Origin: a candidate division FCPU426 bacterium
GTDB lineage: Bacteria; Oederibacteriota; JAAXVQ01; JAUVAV01
Reading direction: 5' to 3'
DNA: 64,000 nt
Assembly (NCBI GenBank): GCA_040756875.1
Contig: JBFLYH010000001.1
Coordinates: forward strand, 1,116,878 to 1,180,877
The position numbers and the translations under genes are program-made. Positions 56,060-64,000 of the stretch are shown piece after piece; position 1 is the stretch's first letter, and each line of letters starts with the position of its first letter. The notes below the pieces were generated by a model. The model was not told the origin of the DNA. It saw only the letters and a program-made list of their open reading frames with translations, and searched no databases.

Positions 56060-57388
56060 ATGAATAAGCACCTTCTCAACTGGACCGGAGTCCTAGCCAT
56101 AATGGTTTGGGTTGGATCGGCGGCTCCGGCTTCGGCAAAAATCATATTCCTGCCCATGCTGGACGCCAGTTTGTCGCTCAATACCGCACGGTACAACGCC
56201 CGCTATTCCGCGCCGCGTCTGGACGCCCAGGGCAATACCCTGCCCACGGACAGTTATTCCAGCGGAAACAACGCCTACGTGTACCTCGCCCCCAACCTGG
56301 GTCTGACCGAACTTCCGGGGCTCTGGCTGACCCCGGTGTTCGAACTGGAATACATGGGCGCGAACAACATCCTGAACCTGGAAGACGAAGCCTTTCTCTA
56401 CAATCAGCGCCTGGATCTCTATTATGTGCTGGGCGCCAATTACGACTTGTCCAAGAACTGGCGCTGCAAGCTCAAAGCCTTCGGACGCACGGAAAAAACC
56501 CGCTCCGCGGCCAACGAAACCCTGGACCAGGGCCTCTACAATTACAATGACGCCGGCGGCTGGGGCGAAATCGGCGCCAGCTACCACCTGGGCGTGCCCA
56601 TGCGGACGATGTTCGGTTACAAAGGGTACACCCGGCGCTATCCATACTATCTTCCGCTCACCGGCCAAAGCAGCCAGCTGGCCGACTCCGAACTCTCGCA
56701 AAGTTTGCAGCAGGCCCTGCCGGCGGACACCCAGATGAAGAGCTATAACGTCGGCGAAGTATGGTTGCGCCAGGAATTCACCTGGACACCGTTCCCCCTG
56801 CTGACCAACCTGGAAGTGCGCTTTAAGGACGTCCCCTACACCCAGATGCCGGTGGTGCAAATCGACGGCACTTTTGGCACTGAAAAACGTCGCGATCAGT
56901 ACGCCGACCTGTCCCTTGAGCTGCCCTGCCTGATCAATGACAATCACCAGATTGAAATCGACTACGCTCACCGCTTGCGCATTTCGAACCAAAACTACTA
57001 CGACAGTTCCCTGGGCCTGCCGCTGGGCGGCTACTATAATTATTTCCAGAACAGCGCCCGGCTGCTTTACACCTTCAAATTCGGCTTCACGATCGCAGGA
57101 TTCCCCCCGCAGGGATCCGCCGGGGTAACCTGGCAGCGCCGGCAATACCTGTCGCGGCCCTCGCGCCAGAGCAGCGACACCAACGACGTCTACAACTTCG
57201 ACAACCCGCACTGGGAGCAGGGGCTGGAGTTCGCGGTCACGCTGAAGCAGCAGTTGTTCGCCAAGTGGTTCAACGTGTTCCTGAGCTATCACGGCGTCAC
57301 GCAGACTTCGAACTCCTCAGTCGAGGACGGCGCGTCGTATAATTACAGCTACAACACCTTCACGCTGGGCACGGCCATTTCCTACTAG
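56060..57388 (+). CDS. Putative outer membrane beta-barrel protein
   Basis: AGGAGG RBS, signal peptide, Tyr-rich amphipathic strands and C-terminal TLGTAISY. Confidence 0.75.
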   Translation: MNKHLLNWTGVLAIMVWVGSAAPASAKIIFLPMLDASLSLNTARYNARYSAPRLDAQGNTLPTDSYSSGNNAYVYLAPNLGLTELPGLWLTPVFELEYMGANNILNLEDEAFLYNQRLDLYYVLGANYDLSKNWRCKLKAFGRTEKTRSAANETLDQGLYNYNDAGGWGEIGASYHLGVPMRTMFGYKGYTRRYPYYLPLTGQSSQLADSELSQSLQQALPADTQMKSYNVGEVWLRQEFTWTPFPLLTNLEVRFKDVPYTQMPVVQIDGTFGTEKRRDQYADLSLELPCLINDNHQIEIDYAHRLRISNQNYYDSSLGLPLGGYYNYFQNSARLLYTFKFGFTIAGFPPQGSAGVTWQRRQYLSRPSRQSSDTNDVYNFDNPHWEQGLEFAVTLKQQLFAKWFNVFLSYHGVTQTSNSSVEDGASYNYSYNTFTLGTAISY

Positions 57389-57399
57389 GCGGCGCGCGC

Positions 57400-58809
57400 A
57401 TGCCCCGAGCGGTTTCCTGGTCCTTGCGCTGGCAGATCCTGGCGGCCATGCTGGTGGCGCTGGCCGCCACCCTGCTGCTGTACAGCGCGCTCGCCGGCAA
57501 CCTGCTGCTGGCCACCTTGGACCGCGACCTGGCCGCGCGCCTGGAACTCGTGGCCTCGCTGGCTGAAAAGGAACTGCCGCTGGAACGCATGCGCGCCTAT
57601 GCGCCCGGCGACGAAACCCTGGACGTTTACCGCCAGGATGCGTCCCGGTTCGCGGCCTTTGCCGTTGGCCACGGACTGGACCGCCTGACCCTGGTGTCGC
57701 GCCAAGGGCGCGTGCATCTGGACAGCCACTTCGTCCGGCCGGGCGGGGTCCTGCCGGCGGTCTGGCTGCCCGGAGATCTCCCCGGCCGGCAGTTGACGCG
57801 CCTGCACCGCGACCGCGCGGGCGCGTGGCAAAAAAGCCTGTGGCTCCCGACCGGGCAGGACCGCTGGCTGCGCCTGGCCGCGGGCTCGGAAATGCTTGCG
57901 GTGATCGACCGCATGTCCCAGCGACGGCTGTGGATGCTGTCCCTGGGACTGGCCCTGGCCCTGGCGCTTTCCTGGGGCCTCACCGTCCTGCTCGGCCGCC
58001 GCTTGACGCGCCTGACCAGGGCGTTCCGCGCCCTGCAGGAAGGCGAAGCCGGGGTGCGGGTGACTTTGCCCGGAAGGGACGAAGTGGCGTTCCTCGGCCG
58101 CGCGTTCAACGACATGGCCGCCGAACTGGAAACCAAGACCCGCCGCGAGCGGCTGCAGTACGAGCGGCGGGTGAACGAATTGAAAGTGCTTTCCGCGGGC
58201 GTGGCCCACGAAATCCGCAACCCGCTGGCCGCGATCAGCAGCCTGGTGGATTTCCTGGCCCGCAAGGTGGAGGCCGGCTCGACGCCTGAAGCGCTCGACC
58301 TGGTGCAAAAAATCCGCGGTGAAATCAACCGCCTGGACCGGATCGTGTCCGAGATTCTGGCTTACGCCCGCCAGCCCCGGCTGCTGCTCGCGCCCTTGGA
58401 TGCCGCGGCGCTCCAGGCCGAAGTGCGGGCCCTGGACCCGGCCTGCCGCATCAGCGTGGCAGACGAACTGCCGCCGGCTTCAGCGGATCACGCCGGGCTG
58501 CTCGCTGTCCTGCGCAACCTGGTCACCAATGCCCGGGAGGCGGCCGGCCCCGGGGGCGAGGTGGCTCTCTCCCTGGGAGCGGACGCCGAAGGCATCCGCC
58601 TCGAAGTCACGGACAACGGGCCGGGCGTCCCGCCGGACCAGGCCGAGAAGATCTTTCAGCCGTTTTTCTCCGGCAAACCCCAGGGCACCGGGCTGGGGCT
58701 GGCGATTGCCCGCAACATCATGGAAGCGCACGGCGGACGACTGGAACTGGCGCCTTCATCCCGGGGCGCCCGCTTCGTCGCCGTGCTTCCCTTTCTACAG
58801 GAGGTTTGA
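57400..58809 (+). CDS. HAMP-domain sensor histidine kinase
   Basis: 2 TM segments, HAMP, H-box AHEIRNPL, N-box NLVTNA, DNGPG and GTGLGL. Confidence 0.95.
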   Translation: MPRAVSWSLRWQILAAMLVALAATLLLYSALAGNLLLATLDRDLAARLELVASLAEKELPLERMRAYAPGDETLDVYRQDASRFAAFAVGHGLDRLTLVSRQGRVHLDSHFVRPGGVLPAVWLPGDLPGRQLTRLHRDRAGAWQKSLWLPTGQDRWLRLAAGSEMLAVIDRMSQRRLWMLSLGLALALALSWGLTVLLGRRLTRLTRAFRALQEGEAGVRVTLPGRDEVAFLGRAFNDMAAELETKTRRERLQYERRVNELKVLSAGVAHEIRNPLAAISSLVDFLARKVEAGSTPEALDLVQKIRGEINRLDRIVSEILAYARQPRLLLAPLDAAALQAEVRALDPACRISVADELPPASADHAGLLAVLRNLVTNAREAAGPGGEVALSLGADAEGIRLEVTDNGPGVPPDQAEKIFQPFFSGKPQGTGLGLAIARNIMEAHGGRLELAPSSRGARFVAVLPFLQEV

Positions 58810-58810
58810 A

Positions 58811-60136
58811 ATGGCGCGGATCCTGGTCGTGGAAGACGAGGCCAATATCCGGGAAGTGCTGCTCCGCTCCCTGCAGGAGCGGGGGCATGCGGTCACCGCC
58901 GCAGGGGACGGCACGGCCGCGCTCGAGGCCGTGGGCCGGGAGGAATTCGACCTGGTGCTGACCGACCTCAAGCTCCCCGGGATCTCGGGCTTGGAGCTTC
59001 TGGATCACATCAAGGAACACACCCACGACACCGCCGTCATGCTCATGACCGCCTATGGGTCCGTGGAAAACGCGGTGGAAGCCATGAAGCGGGGCGCCGA
59101 CGATTATCTGGTCAAACCCTTCCGGCTGGAGGAAGTGGAAGTGAAAATCGACCGTCTGCTGCAGGAACGGCGTCTGCTGGAAACCAACCGCTTTCTGCAG
59201 GCCGAAGCCGAGGCCCGCTTCGGCGCCATGGTCGGCTCCTCGCCGGCCATGCAGGAGGTGTTTCGCCTGGTGGACCAGGTGGCTGCCTCCGAAACCACGG
59301 TCCTGATCACCGGCGAAACCGGGACCGGCAAGGAACTGGTGGCCCACACCCTGCACCAGCGCAGCCCGCGCCGGAACGGGCCGTTCATCACCGTGCACTG
59401 CGCGGCCTACAGCCAGAACCTGATCGAAAGCGAGCTTTTCGGCCACGAACGCGGCGCCTTCACCGGCGCCACCAGCCAGCGCAAGGGGCGCCTGGAAATC
59501 TGCCACGGCGGCACGCTGTTCCTTGACGAGCTGGGGGAAATTCCGCTGGATATGCAGGTCAAACTCCTGCGCTTCCTGGAAAACAAAACCTTCGAGCGCG
59601 TGGGCGGGAACGAGCCGATCACCGTGGACGTCCGGGTCATCGGCGCCACGCACCGGGACCTGCCGGGCATGGTGCAGGCCAAGACCTTCCGCGAGGACCT
59701 GTTCTGGCGCATGCACGTCTTCCCCATCCAGCTCCCGCCCCTGCGCGACCGCGGCGACGACATGGTGCTGCTGGCGCGCCACTTTTTGGAGGCCAAGCAG
59801 GGCGGCCGCAGCCTGCGGCTGACGCGGTACGGCGAACGGCTGTTGCGGGAATACCACTGGCCGGGCAATGTGCGCGAACTTGAAAACGTGATCGAACGCG
59901 CCGTGCTGCTTTCGCTGGGCGACAGCCTGCGCGTGGAGGCGGCCCTGGCGCGCGCCGGCGAGGACCTCCGGCTCGGCGAGCGGAACCTCCCGCAGCTCGT
60001 GGAAAACCTCGAGCGCCGGCTGATCCAGGAAGCGCTGGCCCAAAGCAACGGCAACCAGGCCCAGGCCGCCAAACTGCTGGGCGTCCAGCGCAGCACGCTG
60101 CAGTACAAACTCCAAAAATACGGGCTGCTCGCATGA
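58811..60136 (+). CDS. Sigma-54-dependent response regulator (NtrC/ZraR/AtoC family)
   Basis: Receiver domain (VVEDE, TDLKLP), [31 protein letters not shown] and Fis-type HTH. Confidence 0.95.
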   Translation: MARILVVEDEANIREVLLRSLQERGHAVTAAGDGTAALEAVGREEFDLVLTDLKLPGISGLELLDHIKEHTHDTAVMLMTAYGSVENAVEAMKRGADDYLVKPFRLEEVEVKIDRLLQERRLLETNRFLQAEAEARFGAMVGSSPAMQEVFRLVDQVAASETTVLITGETGTGKELVAHTLHQRSPRRNGPFITVHCAAYSQNLIESELFGHERGAFTGATSQRKGRLEICHGGTLFLDELGEIPLDMQVKLLRFLENKTFERVGGNEPITVDVRVIGATHRDLPGMVQAKTFREDLFWRMHVFPIQLPPLRDRGDDMVLLARHFLEAKQGGRSLRLTRYGERLLREYHWPGNVRELENVIERAVLLSLGDSLRVEAALARAGEDLRLGERNLPQLVENLERRLIQEALAQSNGNQAQAAKLLGVQRSTLQYKLQKYGLLA

Positions 60137-60861
60137 CCCCCGTCCGTTTTCCGCGCTGGCTGGGCTTGGGACTGGCGGCCTGGATCATGGGCGCGGCCCC
60201 GGCCCTGGCCGCGCAATCCCCCGCGCCCGAGGCCGTCTCCAGCGAGGCCCGCAGCATCCAGGAAGCACTGCGGCAATGGTCGGAGGAGCAGGCGCAGATC
60301 AGCCGCTTGCAGGCCGAGCTTCAGCGGCTGGACGTGCTCAGCGATCCGGACCGGGACGAAAAATACTGGTGGAACCCCTTCTGGCGCTGGTCCAAGGAAA
60401 ACCAGAGCCAGCAAGCCACGGACATTACGCTCCGGCTCCAAACCCACGAGGCGCGGTCACGCGACCTCGAACACCGCCTGCTTTCCGAAGGCGAACGATA
60501 CGCCGGCCAGGCCTTGGATGCTCCCCGGCTCCCCTCCCCGGACCAGGAAGTCTGGCGGGCCCTGGATGCCTGGCGCCTGCCCCGGCTGCTGGCTGAACCG
60601 GATTGGGAAACCCTGTCGCCCCCGGACGACTCCCAGGCGCACGAGCTCATCCGTTCGCGGTTGCAGTCCGCGGCCGCGCTCGAGGCGTCCTGGCGCAGCC
60701 TCGACGTTTATCTGGAAGCCTGTCAGCGAAAATGGGATGGATCACGCGAGGAGGAAACGTATCGGAAATGGAGAGAACAACTGCGCGCGTTGCTGGAGCG
60801 CCTGGAGACAGCGCGTGAAAAATTGGAAAAACGCGGGGATTACCGCTTGAAAAATCCCTGA
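60133..60861 (+). CDS. Secreted helical protein of unknown function
   Basis: Signal peptide (ALA-AQ), coiled-coil character; ATGA overlap with the regulator gene. Confidence 0.7.
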   Translation: MTPVRFPRWLGLGLAAWIMGAAPALAAQSPAPEAVSSEARSIQEALRQWSEEQAQISRLQAELQRLDVLSDPDRDEKYWWNPFWRWSKENQSQQATDITLRLQTHEARSRDLEHRLLSEGERYAGQALDAPRLPSPDQEVWRALDAWRLPRLLAEPDWETLSPPDDSQAHELIRSRLQSAAALEASWRSLDVYLEACQRKWDGSREEETYRKWREQLRALLERLETAREKLEKRGDYRLKNP

Positions 60862-60892
60862 TTTTCCGAGGGGTATTCAACGCATTGCGAAC

Positions 60893-60919
60893 GAAAAAGC
60901 CCGCACTGCGGGCTTTTTC
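60893..60919. terminator. Bidirectional terminator
   Basis: GAAAAAGCCCGCA-C-TGCGGGCTTTTTC between convergent genes. Confidence 0.85.
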
Positions 60920-60928
60920 ATCAGCCTA

Positions 60929-61423
60929 TTAATTCTTAGGCGGTTGCTGGGAAGGTGGTTTTTCGGACATCAAAGGCAGGTCCTTGACTTCGCGGGAACC
61001 GCGGGCGGCTCCGCCCGTCTCCGCCGGGGCGGCGAGGGAAGGCTCCTTGCCCGTGCTCCAGCCGAAAAAAGCGGCGAAAAAGCTCAGGAGCGAAGCGTAC
61101 AGGAACATTTCGGCGATCGCGAGGCCCATCTGCTCGTTTCCGGGCATCTGCCCCCAGTTCAGCAGCCGGTTCTGCACCCTCACCGCGTGAAACGCCCATT
61201 CCGCCAAACCGCCGCCCGTAAGACCGGCCAGGGCGCCTGCCAGCGAGGCTTCGCGGGGGCGTCCGCGGAAAAAAAAGCCGGCAGCCAGGGCCGCGGCGAA
61301 CATGGGAATTGGTGCGTATACCACATCCAGGAAAGTCATCACCCAGGCGGTGGCCGCCTGGACCGATGCAATCCAAAACGTCGCGCTCCAATCCGAACTT
61401 TTAAAATGCACCCGGCTTTTCAT
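60929..61423 (-). CDS. Hypothetical membrane protein
   Basis: About 4 TM segments; start set at MKSRV after AGGA. Confidence 0.65.
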   Translation of the reverse strand: MKSRVHFKSSDWSATFWIASVQAATAWVMTFLDVVYAPIPMFAAALAAGFFFRGRPREASLAGALAGLTGGGLAEWAFHAVRVQNRLLNWGQMPGNEQMGLAIAEMFLYASLLSFFAAFFGWSTGKEPSLAAPAETGGAARGSREVKDLPLMSEKPPSQQPPKN

Positions 61424-61525
61424 GTCGTTTCCTGCAAAAAAGGGATCCCGCCTAGTCAGCAACAAAAGGCATTTCGGCTATTATACAGTGACAGGCGGAC
61501 GCGGGCAAGCCCTCTTCGCTTGCCT

Positions 61526-62431
61526 TCACTTCTTCCGCAAGGCGGCTTTCGGCTTCCGCGTCCCGGCGGCCCGCCGGGGACGGGCGACCGGCTTCCGGCC
61601 GCGGGGCTTGCCCGTTTTTTTATCGCCGCTCCCTTTGCGCGGGGCCGGATTGGGAAGCGCGTTTTCCAGCCGCTCCAGCAGCAGGCCGATCAGCACCAGG
61701 GTTTTCAATACCGGTCCCGGTTCGCCGGCCGGAAGGGACCGTACCAGGCTCAACGCGCCGGCGCACAAGTGGCCCAGGCCTTCGAGCTCCTGTTTCAGGC
61801 GGGGGCCGGACAAGTCCGGCATCAGCAGCAGGGGCGGGTCCTGGGTCAGGAGCGCCACCACGTCGCCGGGCCGGATCTCGGACTGGTGGAACAGGTGTTC
61901 CAAGCGCCGCTTGAGCCGCAGGCCCGCGGCCTCCAGCGCCTCGGCGAAACGGCCGGACAGGAACGCCTGGCGGGTGGCGTCCACGATTTCCTTGGTCATG
62001 AGCATGGACCCGAACAGCCGCTCGCGCTCTTGCTCCTGGCTGTCGCGGTTGGAGGCTTGCAGGCGGGCCGCCACCTGCTGTTCGACCAGCGCCCGGCGTT
62101 CGGGGGTCGGCGTTTCGCCTTTGATCGCGATTTGTTGGTGGTCCGGCCGCCGTACCAGGCTGATTTTCACGTTCATGCCTTTGATCCACTGGTTGGAAAG
62201 GCGTATCTGATGCAAATCGTTCCAGCGGGATTCGGATAAAAACCCGGCCAGGTCCGCGGAAACGCCCTCCCATGTACTGCGTTCGCCGCCGACCCGTTCC
62301 AGCACCGCCTCCAGGCGGGTGTCCTCGTCGAAAACCATGCCGTCGAGAACCGTCCGGCACAAGCTGACAAATTGGGCCGGGCCGAATTCAAGATTCAAAC
62401 GGTAATTCAGGTCCAAGTGCGTGCCGTTCAT
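61526..62431 (-). CDS. Hypothetical protein with degenerate TIGR02391-like C-terminal domain
   Basis: AFLSGRFAEALEAA...PLLLMPDLS...ELEGLGHLCAGALSLVR resembles TIGR02391; Lys/Arg-rich tail. Confidence 0.6.
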   Translation of the reverse strand: MNGTHLDLNYRLNLEFGPAQFVSLCRTVLDGMVFDEDTRLEAVLERVGGERSTWEGVSADLAGFLSESRWNDLHQIRLSNQWIKGMNVKISLVRRPDHQQIAIKGETPTPERRALVEQQVAARLQASNRDSQEQERERLFGSMLMTKEIVDATRQAFLSGRFAEALEAAGLRLKRRLEHLFHQSEIRPGDVVALLTQDPPLLLMPDLSGPRLKQELEGLGHLCAGALSLVRSLPAGEPGPVLKTLVLIGLLLERLENALPNPAPRKGSGDKKTGKPRGRKPVARPRRAAGTRKPKAALRKK

Positions 62432-62484
62432 GTGTAACCCCCTTGAGTGGCGTGTGCAACCGAAAGATACCCGTCCACTTCATT

Positions 62485-63429
62485 TTATCCAAGCGGCTGC
62501 AGACTGGCCAGGGTATTTTTTATGACGGCCGCGGACTGGCGCAGGGCGGCCAGTTCTTCCGCATCCAGGCCGAGCTCCAGAATCCGCTCAATGCCGTTCT
62601 TGCCCACCACCGACGGCAGCGACAAGGCCACGTTTTGGAGGCCGTAGCTGTCCGCCTGCACGCTGCTGACCGGCAGCACGCGGTGTTCGTCGCGCAAAAC
62701 GGCGGCCGTGATCTGCACCAGGGCCAGACCGATGGCGTAGAAAGTGGCGCCTTTGCGGCTGATGATCTCGTACGCCGCCCGTTTGACCTGGTCAAGCAGC
62801 GCCGGATACCGGTTCTCCGGTTCGCAGGTGCCGCAGTCCGCGCAATATTTTTTAATGGGCACGCCGCCGATGGTGGCCGCGCTCCACGCCGCCACCTCCG
62901 AATCGCCGTGCTCGCCGATGATCATGGCGTGGATGTTGCGCGCGTCTACCCGGCAATGTTCGGCCAGCAGCGACCGCAGCCGGGCGCTGTCGAGCACCGT
63001 GCCCGATCCCAGGACCCGCTCCCGGGGCAGGCCCGACGCCTGCCAGGCCACCTGGGTCAGCACATCCACGGGATTGGAGGTGATCAGCAACACCCCCTTG
63101 AACCCCGAATTCATGATCAGGGGCATCATGCCCGCGATGATCCGGACGTTGCGGCCGGCCAGGTCCAGCCGGCTTTCACCCGGCTTTTGTTTGGCGCCGG
63201 CGGTGATGACCACCACCTCCGCGTCCCCGCAGTCTTCGTACGTGCCGGTGCGGATGCTCACGGGTTTCGCGAACGCCACGCCGTGGTGCAAATCCATGAC
63301 CTCGCCCTCGGCCCGTTCGCGGTTCATGTCCAGCAGGACGATTTCCCGCGCCACGCCGCTGATCATCAGGGCATAGGCGAAGGTGGCCCCGACCGAACCG
63401 GCACCGATGATTACGACTTTCTGTTTCAT
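62485..63429 (-). CDS. ldh: L-lactate dehydrogenase
   Basis: IGAGSVG, AGAKQKPGESRLDL (Gln specificity residue), NPVD, LDSAR, GEHGDS and KGATFYAIG. Confidence 0.93.
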   Translation of the reverse strand: MKQKVVIIGAGSVGATFAYALMISGVAREIVLLDMNRERAEGEVMDLHHGVAFAKPVSIRTGTYEDCGDAEVVVITAGAKQKPGESRLDLAGRNVRIIAGMMPLIMNSGFKGVLLITSNPVDVLTQVAWQASGLPRERVLGSGTVLDSARLRSLLAEHCRVDARNIHAMIIGEHGDSEVAAWSAATIGGVPIKKYCADCGTCEPENRYPALLDQVKRAAYEIISRKGATFYAIGLALVQITAAVLRDEHRVLPVSSVQADSYGLQNVALSLPSVVGKNGIERILELGLDAEELAALRQSAAVIKNTLASLQPLG

Positions 63430-63674
63430 GGCCCTCACCCCTTTCATTAATCCCAAATATTTTTAAGCAGGCACAGGTACCCACGGCGTGTAACAGACTG
63501 TGCTGTATTTGCTTTCCCCATCCTGCCCGTGTCCATCCGTGTGCATCCGTGGCTCATGGGGCCTCTTTTTATTAGACCCCTGTCCGTTCGCCTCCCACCG
63601 CGAAAAAGCGCTGGCTGCGGGGCGGGTTCGATAGTAGAATACAGCCTCCATTTTTCCCAAAGGTGAAGCCATCC

Positions 63675-64000
63675 ATGCCCAGCCACGCTTCGTCCGCCTT
63701 CCAGCCGCCGGTGATCGTCCTGGTCAGGCCCCAGCTGGCGGAAAACATCGGCGCCACGGCCCGCGCCATGGTGAATTTCGGCGGCCGCGACCTCCGCCTG
63801 GTCGCGCCCCGCGAGTTCGACCAGGCCCTGGCCGAACGCATGGCCTGCGACGGCCGGGACATCTTCCTGCGTCGGCAGGTCTATCCGGACCTGGCGTCCG
63901 CCCCGGCTGACTGCGCCTACGCCCTGGCCACGTCCCGGCGCCTGCGCCGCGTCAAAATACCGCCCCTTGACCCCCGGGCCGCCGCGGAACGGCTGGCCGC
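63675..64000 (+). CDS. trmJ: TrmJ/LasT family SPOUT RNA methyltransferase (truncated by the window edge)
   Basis: Manual translation: IVLVRPQLAENIGATARAMVNFG...LRLVAP. Confidence 0.85.
   Translation, partial: MPSHASSAFQPPVIVLVRPQLAENIGATARAMVNFGGRDLRLVAPREFDQALAERMACDGRDIFLRRQVYPDLASAPADCAYALATSRRLRRVKIPPLDPRAAAERLA

Overview
A 64 kb chromosomal segment from a GC-rich bacterium. It has an outer membrane (TonB receptor, beta-barrel proteins) and is probably anaerobic (HydG, L-lactate dehydrogenase). The lineage is unknown. The YPNP-type C-terminal domains on Pro/Thr-linker proteins resemble poorly characterised candidate phyla such as FCPU426 or Elusimicrobiota relatives, but this is inference only. 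No rRNA, tRNA, CRISPR array, prophage or transposase was recognised. Recognisable genes: SemiSWEET, YgjP-like hydrolase, hydG, nth, a Dus-family tRNA synthase, nadE, an MltD-like transglycosylase, folE2, an MCP, a ClC transporter, a cobalamin-riboswitch-controlled btuB-F-D-C-cobO operon, a YcbB L,D-transpeptidase with an M15A peptidase, ldh and a partial trmJ. Most interesting: (1) a sigma-54 module made of a -24/-12 promoter, an unknown secreted protein, a terminator, an outer-membrane barrel, a histidine kinase, an NtrC-type regulator and a second secreted protein; (2) a folE2 + PTPS-II-type synthase + SDR + methyltransferase operon that looks like a tetrahydrobiopterin or modified-pterin pathway; (3) a 2659 aa surface protein with 19 repeats of about 135 aa and a T9SS/FlgD-like C-terminus, containing a local codon-usage anomaly; (4) a translationally coupled zinc peptidase / ATP-grasp ligase pair; (5) several intact ORFs that have lost catalytic residues (GlpK-like, archaemetzincin-like, metallophosphoesterase-like, TIGR02391-like); (6) several palindromic intergenic repeat elements. 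All calls come from reading motifs by eye; no searches were run. Many start codons were trimmed from the ORF track using RBS position and gene overlaps.
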